A stretch of DNA of 64,000 nt from positions 806,001 to 870,000 of the forward strand of contig NC_089433.1 of assembly GCF_026210795.1 (NCBI RefSeq), written 5' to 3'. Below, piece by piece: positions 62,474 through 64,000 of this stretch (positions are counted from its first letter, which is position 1; every line of letters starts with the position of its first letter). Under the pieces are notes generated by a model. The model ran no database searches, was not told the DNA's origin, and saw only the letters and a program-made list of their open reading frames with translations. This DNA is from Rhizophagus irregularis. Taxonomy: Eukaryota. The position numbers and the translations under genes were made by a program.

Positions 62474-63750
62474 TAAATCAGATGATTGATTACTATTGGA
62501 AGAATTCACAGAAGTAATTGTATTTGTTTTAGTAATATATCCTGTAGTTTAGATAACAGAAAGTATTTTTCTTATTAAGTAGAAAAACAAATAGTTTAAT
62601 TTTCTGTATAAAAATATTTGAAATCAAATTAATTATCTATATCTATTATATAAATTACCTGACTTGTTATTTGTGTTTTGTGAACAGGTTATGATTTATA
62701 ATTTTGTTATATGATTTAATCAATAAAAACGAATACAATATAATTTGTATTCCGACTTTATTTATCTATTCCAAGAAATTTTTTCCAAACTTGTATCAAC
62801 ATTTTCTCAATTAGTGATATTATAACATCTACTTTACAGGTGACATAAAAAAAATAAAGATAAATGAAATAATAAAGTAATGATAAAAAAATAAAAAATA
62901 AAAAATGATAATATAAAAAAATGGCTAAGGCGGCCATCTAGGGCTTAGTTTTCCAGAAAAAAAAAATTTAAAATAATTTACTTTCATTAAAAGTATAGTA
63001 CTAGTATAGTCCGTTACATTACTAATGGAATTTTGCGTGTTACGAAAAATTGCCAAAGATCATGAAATTCCCAGGCAAATTTGCCTGCAATTTTATAATA
63101 CATAACACAAAATCATAATTCCCTGCATGCTCGTAAATAAATATTTCAATGACTTTTACATAAAAATTTAAGTAAAGAGCTTCATAAACCAATTTAAAAA
63201 TTTCGCATGCAAATTTGCCTGCGAGATATTTGCGATAATAATTTATTGCTAATTTTTGCTTATCACATAAAATTTAAATTTTCAAAATTGGATGCATTAT
63301 AGATGAAGAGTTGTGCAATGTTATGCCAATTTTGCCATATTATAATATGCTTAATATGGTTATGGGTCTAAATCGCGACGGGTCAAAATCCCGAATGGGT
63401 CAAAATCCCGACAGTTGGCCCGCGTTATGCAGAATTATGCGGAATCACGTGATATTTTGGCCAGCATTAGAATTCGAGATTTTGACCGGATCACGCTTAA
63501 TATATAGTAATTTAAATTCAAAAAGTTCGCAAGCAAATTTTGCCTGCGTTACAGATGAGGGGATAATTCAAAGAAATTGTATGTCGATAAGTTAAATTTA
63601 TTATTTTTATTCCAACTTTATCAATTAACCGCGTTCTGAGAATCTTCACCTCAAATGTTTAGTACATAAAATAATAAACCAGTGTGATAAATAAATTTAT
63701 TTAAATATATTAAAGATTTTATATATAAAAAAAAGGTTAATTTAAAATAA

Positions 63751-64000
63751 TTACTCGATTTTCTTAATACAGATACCGTAAGGACGTAAATTATTCCCAT
63801 CGGGTGAAATCTAATATTCACCGATTCCAGTTTCTATATTTGAAATTCTAATCAAATTCTCTGGGTTAACTCTATTTTGGAACACAACCAGATAGTCATC
63901 TCCTTCATAAGTAAATTTAATGGCATATTTAGATGCGACATCAATATCTGGAGTGGAATAAAATCTGTATCCAAATGGTAATGGTTTCTTACAAGAGAAA
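63751..64000 (-). pseudogene. C-terminus of an ADP-ribosyltransferase/PARP-like domain protein with a premature stop; 5' part outside the window
   Basis: Minus strand reads PFGYRFYSTPDIDVASKYAIKFTYEGDDYLVVFQNRVNPENL...GEY*ISPDGNNLRPYGICIKKIE*, with TAG at 63811-63813. Confidence 0.6.

Overview
Very AT-rich eukaryotic DNA with short GT-AG introns. The gene families (BTB-BACK-TLDc, HSPA12-like Hsp70, TKL kinase-Sel1, long Sel1 arrays, F-box/LRR and Crinkler-like relics) point to an arbuscular mycorrhizal fungus (Glomeromycotina, Rhizophagus-like). That assignment is inferred from gene content only. Six host genes look intact. The rest is a mosaic of a decayed LINE, many MITEs (hAT, Tc1/mariner, PIF/Harbinger, CACTA-like), transposase relics and pseudogenes (GH24 lysozyme, F-box, GLTP/HET-C2, P-loop NTPase, ART-like). 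Two structures stand out. (1) Two tandem arrays (~13.75-14.9 kb and ~19.25-21.4 kb) consist of related micro-exon plus intron units, and the TACTAAC branch point is enclosed in a hairpin whose stem sequence changes while pairing is kept. Both arrays lie downstream of the same transposon-like terminus (TTTGCTAACAAC). (2) A 2.6-kb insertion (10911-13531) has a perfect 18-bp target-site duplication and a (TAAA)n tail, and carries ~700 codons of unrecognised protein with no reverse transcriptase. All calls come from manual reading; no searches were run.
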